DNA from: Acidimicrobiia bacterium
GTDB lineage: Bacteria; Actinomycetota; Acidimicrobiia; Spongiisociales; ZC4RG35
Assembly (NCBI GenBank): GCA_965203555.1
Contig: CBDBCY010000004.1
Coordinates: 384,001-448,000, forward strand
Length of the DNA: 64,000 nt
Direction of reading: 5' to 3'
Shown: positions 26,997 through 36,229 of the stretch, in pieces
Position numbering within the stretch: the first letter of the stretch is position 1
Layout of the letters: every line of letters starts with the position of its first letter
The notes under the pieces: model-generated
Told to the model about the DNA's origin: nothing
The model's database searches: none
Seen by the model: the letters and a program-made list of their open reading frames with translations, nothing else
Position numbers and translations under genes: made by a program

Positions 26997-28291
26997 AGCC
27001 CCGCTTTTCGGTTTTGTTGGTCGATGTGCCGCTGGTACACCTCCAGATCGATCACCGTTTCGGTGTACAGGTCTCCGATACCGGCGGCGATAGCCAAAGC
27101 CGCGTCTGATGGCGGACGGTTGGGTTTGGGTTTGCAGGGTGGTTTGGTGGTGAACTCGGCTAGGACCACGTTCTCCAAAGCGGCGGTGTGTTCGGGTAGC
27201 CGAACCACCCGTCCCATACCGCGGGGTGCCTGCTGGTGGGTGGCGACCAGCCGGCCACTGGCCGAGAACATGCTGATAGTGGGGTCACCGAGCCTCCATC
27301 GGACGGTGACCTGGGTTCCTATCACCCCTGGTGGCACCGAGTATCGGTTACCGCGTACCGATACCAGCCCGTTGGATGTCACCCTGCGCTCCAAAGTCCC
27401 TTCTGCCGGGTAAGCCACCAGGGGCAGCTCGAGGAGAGGCTCGGTCTTGGCCAGCTCACCCACCGTGCTCTCACCCCGTGGGCGAAGATCGCCCACGGTC
27501 TGGCAGAATCTGTCCAGACTGTGCTGTGCTTCGGCGATGCTGGTCACCGCTGCGGTGCGCCACCACCGCTGAGAGACATAGTGGATGGCCTTTTCCACCA
27601 CGCCTTTCCGTTGAGGACGGCGCGGTGGGCACGGGTCAACAACCACCCCATAATGTTTGGCTACCCCAACGAACGACGGCTGGATACGACCGGTGGCGGC
27701 GACCACGGTCGCCATCCGATCCACCCTCCACCGCCGCGGGGTACCCTCCAGTCGTCTCAACACCTGGTCAAGACCCTCCACCAAATGGGGTTGGTCCTGG
27801 CGGGACGTGATCCACGCCCGAAAAGCGCCCGAGTGCGACAGCACACCCACCAGCACATGAGCGGTGGCTCCCCACGGCGTGTCACGTAACTCCACCCAGT
27901 CCCACTGGCACTCCTCACCCGGTGGATGATCGATGATCGCCGTGGCCCGGCCCCTGGTACCCGCACAGGCGCCACACAACGGCCGCAGGCCCCGAAGACG
28001 GACCTTCCGCACAAACGTCACATAGCTCTGCTCATAGCCCAAAGCCACCACCTCGTCGAACAACGCCGACCCCCACACATGCGGATCATCAGACAACCGC
28101 TGCCGCACATACGCCTCGAACTCATCAAACAGATCCGCCCCCGCCCGGGCACGCTGACCGGGCACCCGATCGCCCGACAGATACGCTCGCACGGTACGGC
28201 GGCTCTTACCAACATGACGGGCGATAGCCGAGATCGACCACCCCCGCCTCCTCAAAGCATGAACTTCCACGCACTCCTCCAGTACCAACAT
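26993..28291 (-). CDS. istA: IS21 transposase
   Basis: N-terminal HTH, PGEECQWDW, VDRM, RKGVVEK, NRYSVP. Confidence 0.95.
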   Translation of the reverse strand: MLVLEECVEVHALRRRGWSISAIARHVGKSRRTVRAYLSGDRVPGQRARAGADLFDEFEAYVRQRLSDDPHVWGSALFDEVVALGYEQSYVTFVRKVRLRGLRPLCGACAGTRGRATAIIDHPPGEECQWDWVELRDTPWGATAHVLVGVLSHSGAFRAWITSRQDQPHLVEGLDQVLRRLEGTPRRWRVDRMATVVAATGRIQPSFVGVAKHYGVVVDPCPPRRPQRKGVVEKAIHYVSQRWWRTAAVTSIAEAQHSLDRFCQTVGDLRPRGESTVGELAKTEPLLELPLVAYPAEGTLERRVTSNGLVSVRGNRYSVPPGVIGTQVTVRWRLGDPTISMFSASGRLVATHQQAPRGMGRVVRLPEHTAALENVVLAEFTTKPPCKPKPNRPPSDAALAIAAGIGDLYTETVIDLEVYQRHIDQQNRKAGL

Positions 28292-29110
28292 AAAGGGCAG
28301 GGCTCCTCTCCACAGCTAGGAAATGTGACAATCCCTTAGCTTGGAGAGAGCCCTACCCAACAACGGGCATTTACCCCCAGGAGGTGGGAACTTTCAGTGA
28401 TCGAGACTGGGAACTTTCAGTGATCGCCAACACGGTGGTGTTTGACGACTGGCGCTGGGAGATAATGGAGGATGCCCTGATCGTCTGGTCGGTCATCTGG
28501 GTGCTGTGGTGGCCCTTGTTGAAGCTAACAGTGACCGTGACCTTGACCGAAATGCGTCTGGCCTTTACCCTAGGTTGGCCCCGCAAGCGGATCAACCGGT
28601 CCGACATTCGTTCAGTGACGCCTGTCCGCGATTGGACACGCGACGCCCACGCCGTCCGGTCCAACTACTACTTTATGCAGAACCGCGGCCGCCAAGGGGT
28701 GTTACTCGTTCTAAAGGGGGGTAAGAGCCTGATGGTAAGCGCCGACGACCCCGATTTTCTGGTCGCTACGTTAAAACGTGCGGGCGATGATGCTGACGGC
28801 GCCACAAACGATGGTACGCACTCAGATCACGATGGACAGCAGAGAACGCGGGCCTGCCAAGCCGGAGTCCCCTAAACGGAGTTGAATGCTGAGTGCTCCC
28901 GACGTTGCCACTGTTGGGAGGTCGGCGTTGCTGGGACATGGCCGTCCATGGGTGCGTTTGCTCGTGGGATACCTCAACCACACGTTTGTACTAAGCAGTG
29001 CCCATAGCAGATTTCGCGTGGGCAGCCACCGACAACTCGGGGTGACTGAATCCCCCCGATGCTCGGGGGAACTCCAGCTTGACCACAACCACCAACTCGC
29101 CACCCGATAC

Positions 29111-29125
29111 TGAACCGCCCCCGGG
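29111..29125. mobile_element. Orphan IS3-type terminus
   Basis: TGAACCGCCCCCGGG, matching the inverted end at 19978-19990. Confidence 0.45.
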
Positions 29126-29149
29126 TTCACCCCTTCTCCCACTTGCCAA

Positions 29150-29165
29150 TCGAACGTATGTTCGA
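29150..29165. promoter_or_regulatory. LexA (SOS) box inside the imuB promoter
   Basis: TCGAAC-GTAT-GTTCGA between TTGCCA (29143) and TACTCT (29167). Confidence 0.92.
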
Positions 29166-29215
29166 CTACTCTATAGGGTCCCCAACCGAACCCGTTGCGA
29201 GAAGAAGGAGGTGCG

Positions 29216-30661
29216 ATGCGGGTTGCGTGCCTGCTCATCTCTCATCTGAGAGCCAAGTCCGAGTTGCGGCGCGACCTGCGCCTGGAAGGCCGGCCGGCAG
29301 TGATCGTCGACCGGACGGGGCCGGTTCCCCTGGTCGTGGACCACACCTCCCAAGCATTCCTGGCGACAGCCGGGATGACTTTGGAACAGGCCATCTCCAA
29401 CCATGCGAACTGTCTCGTCCTGGAAGCGGACGAGTCCTACTACCGGCAGGTGTTCGACGAGGTGCTCGGTTCCCTGATGGAGGTCGGCCATCGCCTGGAG
29501 GGTCCGGAACTCGGCACGGTCTATGCGCGCCTCGATGGCCTGGGGGCCCTGTACGGCGGTGAGGACCGTCTGGTGTACACGCTCCTGGGAGCCGTTCCCC
29601 ACGATCTGGAACCGGCGGTGGGAGTGGGGGACGCCAAATTCCCCGCCTTCGTGGCGGCCCGGACCGGGAAAACAATGCAAATCAACCGGGTGCCTGCCGA
29701 CGCCGCTCGATTCCTCTCTCCCCATCCGGTCGACCTGCTTCCCGTCTCGGCGGAGATCAAAGCCAACCTGCACCTTCTGGGTCTTCACACCATGGGGGAA
29801 GTGGCCGCGCTGCCCAAGGGATTGCTGACAGACCAGTTCGGCCTGGAGGGATCGCGGGCCTGGTCGCTCTGCAACGGAATCGACGAGCGTCCCCTGGTTC
29901 CCCTGCAATTCACCGAGACCATCATCGAGCACACCTCCTTTCCCGACCATTCGGCCTCTCTGGAGCTTTTTTTGGTGACGGTGGACATCCTCCTCAAGAA
30001 GGCCTTCTCCCGGCGCCGGATGCTGGGGAGACAGGCGGCCGGTGTGACCCTGGAATGCAGAGCGGAGAGCGCTCCCTCATGGAGGAAGACGATTCACTTC
30101 AAGCGAGGAGTCCACGGATGGGAGAAGGCCTCCCCGATCGTCAGGCGCCAACTGGAGACTGACCCTCCCCTGGTCCCCATCAAAGATATCCGGCTGATCC
30201 TCACCGATCTCAGCGGAGCGTCGGGAACGCAACTGGGGCTCTGGGCGGATCCCAAGAAGGTGCGATGGCGCCGGATCCAAGACGTGGAGAGAAAACTCCG
30301 GTCCCGGACGCGAGGAGACCACATCCTGCACCGGGTCGTGGAGGTGGCCCCCTGGCATCCGGCGCCGGAGATGCGCTCGGTTCAGGTTCCCATCGACCGA
30401 TCGGGTGACTATGCCATCAAACCGGTGGCGGCGCCCACCCGGGTCTCCGTCCGGGAGGGAGACCGTCGTCGGCCGGTGGCCGTGCTGCTGGGTGACCGGT
30501 GGCGCCCGGTGGCCCGGGTGGCCGACCTCTGGACCTTTGACCTGTGGTGGTTGCCGCAACCAATCACCCGGACCTACTACCGGCTGGGAGGAGAGAACGG
30601 GCGAAGGGTCACCCTCTTCTACGACCAGCGGACAGAATGCTGGTACAGACAGAGCGGCTAG
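29216..30661 (+). CDS. imuB: Inactive Y-family polymerase (ImuB-like) with C-terminal DUF6504-like domain
   Basis: AAGGAGG RBS; RPAVIV, GMTLEQA, LGLHTMGEVAALP; catalytic acidic residues absent; tail RWRPVARVADLW..DLWW....TRTYYRL...LFYDQ...WY. Confidence 0.8.
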   Translation: MRVACLLISHLRAKSELRRDLRLEGRPAVIVDRTGPVPLVVDHTSQAFLATAGMTLEQAISNHANCLVLEADESYYRQVFDEVLGSLMEVGHRLEGPELGTVYARLDGLGALYGGEDRLVYTLLGAVPHDLEPAVGVGDAKFPAFVAARTGKTMQINRVPADAARFLSPHPVDLLPVSAEIKANLHLLGLHTMGEVAALPKGLLTDQFGLEGSRAWSLCNGIDERPLVPLQFTETIIEHTSFPDHSASLELFLVTVDILLKKAFSRRRMLGRQAAGVTLECRAESAPSWRKTIHFKRGVHGWEKASPIVRRQLETDPPLVPIKDIRLILTDLSGASGTQLGLWADPKKVRWRRIQDVERKLRSRTRGDHILHRVVEVAPWHPAPEMRSVQVPIDRSGDYAIKPVAAPTRVSVREGDRRRPVAVLLGDRWRPVARVADLWTFDLWWLPQPITRTYYRLGGENGRRVTLFYDQRTECWYRQSG

Positions 30662-30677
30662 CCGGGGAGACGGGAGT

Positions 30678-33600
30678 ATGACTTCGGGCTATGTGGAACT
30701 TCACGCAAAGAGCTTCTATTCCTTCGGGGTGGGAGCATCACACGTCCACGAACTGCTGGCCCGGGCCAAGGAATACAGGTATTCGGCCATGGCCCTCACC
30801 GACACCAACCTGTGCGGCGCCCTGGAGTTCGCCCGCCTGGCCAACAGCCTGGGCATCCGGCCCATCACCGGCGGAGAGTTGACCATGACAGACGACACGC
30901 GGCTGACCCTTCTGGCCGGGACGCGCACCGGATACGCCAACCTGTCCCGGCTGTTCACCCTGGCCAACGGTGCGGACCGCCGGAACCCGCGCCTCGACCC
31001 CGAGCACCTGCCGGCGCATTCGGAAGGGCTGTTCCTCCTTGCCGGAGGGCGCGACAGCCGTCTGTCTCGACTGGCGCTCTCCGGCCGGCATTCGGAGGCC
31101 CGTGATCTTCTCGGCGGGTACCGGGAATGGTTCGGCCCCGACAGGGTGTACGTGGAGGTGCAGCAGAACCTCCTGGAGGGCGACACCCGGCGCAACCGGG
31201 AACTGTCGTCCCTGGCTCACGCCGAAGGTGTGCCGGTGGTGGCCACCAACGACGTCCACTATCACACGCCGGAGCGCTACCGACTGCAGAACGCGCTGGT
31301 GGCCGCCGGGCACAACATCACCATGGACCAGGCTCTCCCCTACATCAGACCCAACCATCACCTCTCTCTCAAGTCTCCCGAACAGATGGAGCGGTTGTTC
31401 CGCCACCTCCCCGAGGCGGTCTCCAACACTTCAAGGATCGCCGACCAGTGCTCTTTCGATCTCAGCACCGACCTCGGTTACCGCCTTCCCGAGCCGGAAG
31501 TGCCGGAGGGGCACACACCCGACAGCTACCTTCGAGAACTCTGCCACCAGGCCGCTCTCCGCCGCTACGGATCCGTCTCGCCGCCGGTCCGGGATCGCCT
31601 GTCCGAGGAGTTCCGGCTGATAGAGACGCATGGTCTGGCCGGTTTCCTGTTGCTCTACCGGCAGATCGCCCTCATTGCGCAGGAGATCATGGAGGAAGAG
31701 GGTCTGGCGCCTCCCGGCACACCGCTCGAGGAACAGCCGCCCGGGAGAGGGCGAGGGTCATCGGTGGCCCTTCTGGTGGGGTATCTGATCGGCATCAGCC
31801 ACGTCGATCCTCTCCGGTGGAAGCTCACCCTGGAACGGTTCATCTCAGACGACACCACCCTCCTCCCCGACATCGACCTCGACTTTCCCCGTCACCTCCG
31901 CGACAAGCTCATCGGGCGGATCCACCAACACTTCGGCCCCGAATACGCGGTTCTCGCCGGCGCCATCTCCACCTACACCGCCAAGGGCATCATCCAGGAC
32001 CTGGGCAAGGCGTTCGGGCTGCCCGGCCAGGAGTTGACCCTCCTGTCCAAGCAACTCCACTCCCACCATGCGGCGGACCTGAGATCGGAGATGCTGGAAC
32101 TGCCCGCCTTCCGGGACCGGGTGGACGCCTATGGGTGGAAGAACCTTATCGAGATCTCCCCTCAGCTGATGGGAGCGCCCAAACACCTCAGCCAGCACGT
32201 GGGGGGAATGATCCTCAGCAGCACTCCCATCCCGGAGATGGTTCCCGTCCGGGAAGGGGCCATCGAGGGGCGTTTCATCATGGACTGGGACAAGGACAAC
32301 GTCGCCGACGCCAACTTCGCCAAGATCGACCTGCTCTCTCTGCCGGCGCTCGACCAGTTGCACGAGGCGTTGGATCTGATCGAGGAACGCGAGGGGGAAA
32401 GGCCCGATATTTCCAGGATCGATCCGCAGGATCGGCGGGTTTACGAGATGATCACCGAAGGCCGGTCCAAGGGCGTGTTCCTGCTCCAGTCGCCCGCCCA
32501 GTTGAAGATGGGGCGGCGCCTCCGGCCGGAGAACCTCCTGGACCTTGCCTACCAGGTGGCGCTGATTCGCCCGGGCGTGGGCGTGCAGGGGAGTTCGGTC
32601 TCGCTGTTCTTGGAGAGATACCGTCACGGGGCCTCCTGGGACTACGACCATCCCTTGGAGAGGCGCTCCCTGGAGCGCGGGTACGGGATCATCGTCTGGC
32701 AGGAGCAAGTCGTCCAGCTCATCATGGACGTGGCGGGAATGACCGCCGCCCAGGCCGACGAGATAAGAAGATCCTTCGCTCGTTCCAACAACCGGCACCT
32801 GATAGCCATGCACTGGAAGGATTTCCTCCAAGGCGCGGAGAGACGGGGCGTCCCGGAACCTACCGCGCGGAAGATCTTCTCCAAGATCAACGGACACTAC
32901 ATGTTCCCCGAATCCCACTCGCACGCCTTTGCGGTCACCGCCTACCAGGTGGCCTGGCTCAAGCGCTATCACCCACTGGAGTTCTTCACCACCCTCATCA
33001 ACAACCAGCCCATGGGGTTCTACCCGCTGGAGACCCTCAAACAGGACGCCGGGACCTTCGGCGTTCCGTTCCTCAACCCTTGCGTCAACCGCAGCGGCGT
33101 CCAATGCGCACCTGAGGACGGCGCCGTGCGGCTGGGCCTGGGGATCGTCAAAGACGTGGGAGGCCGGTCCGGGGAGACAATCGTCGAAGAGAGAAACCGA
33201 AACGGCCCCTATGACGGCGCCGGGGACCTGATCCGACGCACCGGCTTGAAGCCCCAGGCCGTGGTCTCTCTGGTGATGGCGGGCGCTCTGGACGGCCTCT
33301 CACCCAATCGCCGCACCGCCATCTGGGACGCGGGGCTGTCTGTGCGTCCCTCCCGCAACGGACAGACCGTCCTGGACATCACCCGGGGAAGCAGAAAGCC
33401 CGACCTGGCCGATTTCACCGACTATGAGAGGATGGCGAGCGAGTACCGGATCCTGGGGATCCATCCGGGAGGCCACCTCATGGAGTACCTCCGGGAAACA
33501 CTGGACGCGGAGGTGCTGACCACCGTCGAGGTGGAGGACTGCGCCGAGGATGAAGAGGTCCTGGTGGCGGGCTGGCCCATCGCCCGCCAGCACCCGCGCG

Positions 33601-33824
33601 GGATAGGCGGCACGGTGTTCGTGACCATCGAGGACGAGACCGGAGACGTGCAGTTGATCATCTGGCCGGACGTGTTCGCCCGCTACAAGAAGCAACTCAG
33701 AAGCCAGGTGATCCTGGCGCGGGGCGTGATCTCTCGATGGGACGGCACCACGTCGATGATCGTCTCGGCCCTGGAAGCGGTCGACGTCCCGGTCTCGATG
33801 CCCGCCGCCCATGATTGGCACTGA
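30678..33824 (+). CDS. dnaE2: Error-prone DNA polymerase III alpha subunit (ImuC)
   Basis: YVELHAKSFYSF PHP domain, GRGSS, PDIDLDF, SQHVGG, FPESHS, NNQPMGFY, FVTIEDETG, C-terminal AHDWH. Confidence 0.93.
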   Translation: MTSGYVELHAKSFYSFGVGASHVHELLARAKEYRYSAMALTDTNLCGALEFARLANSLGIRPITGGELTMTDDTRLTLLAGTRTGYANLSRLFTLANGADRRNPRLDPEHLPAHSEGLFLLAGGRDSRLSRLALSGRHSEARDLLGGYREWFGPDRVYVEVQQNLLEGDTRRNRELSSLAHAEGVPVVATNDVHYHTPERYRLQNALVAAGHNITMDQALPYIRPNHHLSLKSPEQMERLFRHLPEAVSNTSRIADQCSFDLSTDLGYRLPEPEVPEGHTPDSYLRELCHQAALRRYGSVSPPVRDRLSEEFRLIETHGLAGFLLLYRQIALIAQEIMEEEGLAPPGTPLEEQPPGRGRGSSVALLVGYLIGISHVDPLRWKLTLERFISDDTTLLPDIDLDFPRHLRDKLIGRIHQHFGPEYAVLAGAISTYTAKGIIQDLGKAFGLPGQELTLLSKQLHSHHAADLRSEMLELPAFRDRVDAYGWKNLIEISPQLMGAPKHLSQHVGGMILSSTPIPEMVPVREGAIEGRFIMDWDKDNVADANFAKIDLLSLPALDQLHEALDLIEEREGERPDISRIDPQDRRVYEMITEGRSKGVFLLQSPAQLKMGRRLRPENLLDLAYQVALIRPGVGVQGSSVSLFLERYRHGASWDYDHPLERRSLERGYGIIVWQEQVVQLIMDVAGMTAAQADEIRRSFARSNNRHLIAMHWKDFLQGAERRGVPEPTARKIFSKINGHYMFPESHSHAFAVTAYQVAWLKRYHPLEFFTTLINNQPMGFYPLETLKQDAGTFGVPFLNPCVNRSGVQCAPEDGAVRLGLGIVKDVGGRSGETIVEERNRNGPYDGAGDLIRRTGLKPQAVVSLVMAGALDGLSPNRRTAIWDAGLSVRPSRNGQTVLDITRGSRKPDLADFTDYERMASEYRILGIHPGGHLMEYLRETLDAEVLTTVEVEDCAEDEEVLVAGWPIARQHPRGIGGTVFVTIEDETGDVQLIIWPDVFARYKKQLRSQVILARGVISRWDGTTSMIVSALEAVDVPVSMPAAHDWH

Positions 33825-33931
33825 TGCGAATCCCGGCGCCACGAGTCTGGATCGTATGTGTCCTGTTCAGCGCCGTTGTTGCCTCCGACAAGGGAGGCAG
33901 TGGTTGTGGCCGGTTCGCGCTGGGGAGCACC

Positions 33932-34540
33932 CTAAGGAACCCTACCGGCGCGGACGCGGCGTTCCAACGCCAACAACCGGGTTTCGGCTGTCTTGACGAT
34001 CTGAGCGGTGCGTTGCGTGTCCCGCTGAGCACAAGCGTCGGACTCGACCACCACAGCACGGGTACCGTCCCCGAGGACGATATCCGCCGCTCTGCTGCCG
34101 GGTTGGGACAACTCGACCCATACCGTGTCCCGGTCGATAGCCGCCATTGCTTGGGCGGTGATCCGGTCGCGGCGTAGCCTGGTGGCCAACAGATGATCAA
34201 ACCCGGCCCGGGTCACCGTTTCCAGATTGGCGCCCGATATGAGACCCCGGTCCGCTACCACACAGCATTCTGCCCACCGCGGACCGTTTGGACAGATCCT
34301 TCAACACCTCGGATAGGGTGGACGCGTCGTTGCCCGTGAAAACGTGATGGGCGATGGGGGATACCGTCGGTGGTGCATAACAGACCGATCACGATTTGGG
34401 GTCGGTCCGGGCGATGATCCCGCGAGCTTCCCGAACACCCGCGACGGAAAACGCTGGGAGGGTCGGGTGGAACCTTCGAAATGGGCGGACGTCAGGTCGT
34501 AGCACACCAGCCGTAGGTTGAGGTTGGTCAAATCGCGCAA
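33932..34540 (-). mobile_element. IS1634-family transposase relic
   Basis: LTNLNLRLVCYDLTSAHFEG...RVFG and VADRGLIS..NL fragments with frameshifts. Confidence 0.75.
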
Positions 34541-34550
34541 CTGTCCATTC

Positions 34551-34606
34551 TGTTGGCGATCAGCCGAAAGTACCCAGGGTCGATCACCGAAAGTACTCAC
34601 CCTGGG
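34551..34606. mobile_element. Orphan IS21-type terminal repeat
   Basis: TGTTGGCGATCAGCCGAAAGTACCCAGGGTCGATCACCGAAAGTACTCACCCTGGG. Confidence 0.7.
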
Positions 34607-34957
34607 TTCGAACAACAGTTCTCGTGAATCCCGGTGGGATTCAAACACTCCCGACCCACCACACAGCCCCAACCAACCCTCCAATGAAACTCCCGGAGCG
34701 GTTCAATCGAAGACATCTTTCTTTTCCCGCCCCACGTTTCAGCGAGGCCACTGGGCGTCTGTCCGTATATCGCATCCGGCCCTTGACCACGGCATTTCCG
34801 GTGGGCTGCCCGTATGCCCTGAGCGCTATTTTGAGAGGCATCCAGTAGTCGAACCGGCTGGTGAAGGTGGAATCCAAGTCCATTTGAAGAGCGCCGCTGA
34901 TTCTTCCATTCTAGATTTAGTGTTTTTTTTGACAACTTGGTGTTATGTGGTGTTGTT

Positions 34958-34979
34958 TGTCACACCTCTGGTGCATACT
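34958..34979 (+). promoter_or_regulatory. RecA-NDp/PafBC-type DNA-damage promoter candidate
   Basis: TGTCAC-N10-CATACT, 8 nt upstream of the HNH gene ATG. Confidence 0.5.
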
Positions 34980-34987
34980 GGTAAGAC

Positions 34988-36229
34988 ATGAACAGAAAAG
35001 ACATGAACGGTGCGGTGGCCAACCGGGTGCGCCTGCTGGTGCCTTCTTTGCCGGTTGCAGAAGCTTCGTTGGAGCAGTTGCGCAAGCGGTTAAAGTCCAC
35101 TGTCCGCGTTCAGAACCAGGCCGCGGCGATCCGCGCCGAGATCGTGTCGGAGTTACGCCGCCGGGAAGGCACCGAGGTGGTAGAAACCGTGTTACAAACC
35201 GACGGTCTGCTAGGCCGTCGGAAAGCACGATCAGAAGTAGAAACCGCCCGAGCATTGGAGGAACTACCAAAAACGCGGGAAGGGCTTCGGGCGGGGGAGA
35301 TCTCCCACGACAACGCGCGGATCATCGCTGGTGCCAACCAGCGGGGAACCATAGCAGAAGACGAGTTGTTGGATGATGCTCGTTCCCAGTCTCCTGACAA
35401 GTTCGCGGCGACGGTCCGCAAACACGAACAACAGCGTGCCGGAGATGATGGTGTGTCGAAGTTGGAGCATCAGCGGTCCCATCGGTTCGCCAGGATCACC
35501 ACCGACCAAGACGACGGGATGACCGTCCTGTACGGACGTTTCGATCCGGTCACCGGTGCCCGGGTGGAAACGGCCGTGTCACACATGATGAAACAACTAT
35601 GGCACAAAGAAGACCCCCGGGACCGGGCCACGGCGGGACAGAGAATGGCCGACGCCCTATCCAAACTTCTTACTCGGGAAGGAAACGGTCGGTCCCAGGA
35701 TGTGCGCCTGTTGTTGATCGCCGACTACGACACCATCAATCAACAACTGAAAGATGCCCGTCTGTCCGATGGAAACCCCATCCCCGCCCGGGCATTGCGC
35801 CACCTGGCCTGTGACGCGCAGATCCTGCCCGCTATCTTCTCAGGGTCGTCGATACCCCTGGATCTGGGACGGGCCAGACGCAAAGCCAGCCCGGCCCAAC
35901 GCGCTGCGCTCATCGCCCGCGATCAACACTGTGTCGGGTGCGGCGCGAAAGCCGCCTGGTGCCAGGCGCATCACATCGTCCACTGGGCCGACGGAGGCCC
36001 CACCGACCTGGACAACATGTGTCTGCTGTGCAGCAGATGCCACCACAAAGTACACGACAACGACTGGACAATACACAAGTCACCGGCAGGAACCTACAGC
36101 CTCCGCCGACCACCCACCCAATGGGGACGCCCACCCCGCCAACCCACCTCCCACCGCTACCCCCGCAAACGCCGACCCAACAGCCGCTACCCCCGCAAAC
36201 GCCGACCCACCATAAAACAACGAAAATAA
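34988..36229 (+). CDS. DUF222 domain HNH endonuclease (13E12-repeat-like)
   Basis: RDQHCVGC...CQAHHIVHWADGGPTDLDNMCLLCSRCHHKVH; QRMADAL; LDLGRARR. Confidence 0.9.
   Translation: MNRKDMNGAVANRVRLLVPSLPVAEASLEQLRKRLKSTVRVQNQAAAIRAEIVSELRRREGTEVVETVLQTDGLLGRRKARSEVETARALEELPKTREGLRAGEISHDNARIIAGANQRGTIAEDELLDDARSQSPDKFAATVRKHEQQRAGDDGVSKLEHQRSHRFARITTDQDDGMTVLYGRFDPVTGARVETAVSHMMKQLWHKEDPRDRATAGQRMADALSKLLTREGNGRSQDVRLLLIADYDTINQQLKDARLSDGNPIPARALRHLACDAQILPAIFSGSSIPLDLGRARRKASPAQRAALIARDQHCVGCGAKAAWCQAHHIVHWADGGPTDLDNMCLLCSRCHHKVHDNDWTIHKSPAGTYSLRRPPTQWGRPPRQPTSHRYPRKRRPNSRYPRKRRPTIKQRK

Larger units (their letters stand above)
26146..28432 (-). mobile_element. Complete IS21-family element
   Basis: TG...CA ends with repeated GATCA..GAAAGT motifs; 4-bp target duplication CGGT at 26142-26145 and 28433-28436; contains istA and istB. 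Confidence 0.93.
26048..28875 (+). pseudogene. Small membrane/bPH-like protein interrupted by IS21
   Basis: Removing 26146-28436 restores in-frame MSDAVIYQRSH...AIRPVVFDDWRWEI...LTVTVTLTEMRLAF...GVLLVLKGGKSLMVSADDP. Confidence 0.75.

Noticed and set aside
30405-30677. N-terminal extensions in the ORF track for dnaE2, and likewise hisIE, hisF, hisD, hisG, the antiporter and the DMT gene
   Set aside because: The extensions overlap neighbouring genes or the riboswitch; recognisable family sequence starts at the downstream codons used here
31127-33115. 662-aa alternative-frame ORF, and similar long shadow ORFs over the his, gcvP and EamA genes
   Set aside because: They overlap well-supported genes and have the Arg/Pro/Gly-rich composition typical of GC-rich off-frame ORFs
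36154-36210. Duplicated CGCTACCCCCGCAAACGCCGACCCA at the HNH gene tail as a functional repeat
   Set aside because: Two copies in a low-complexity C-terminal tail, most simply a local slippage duplication
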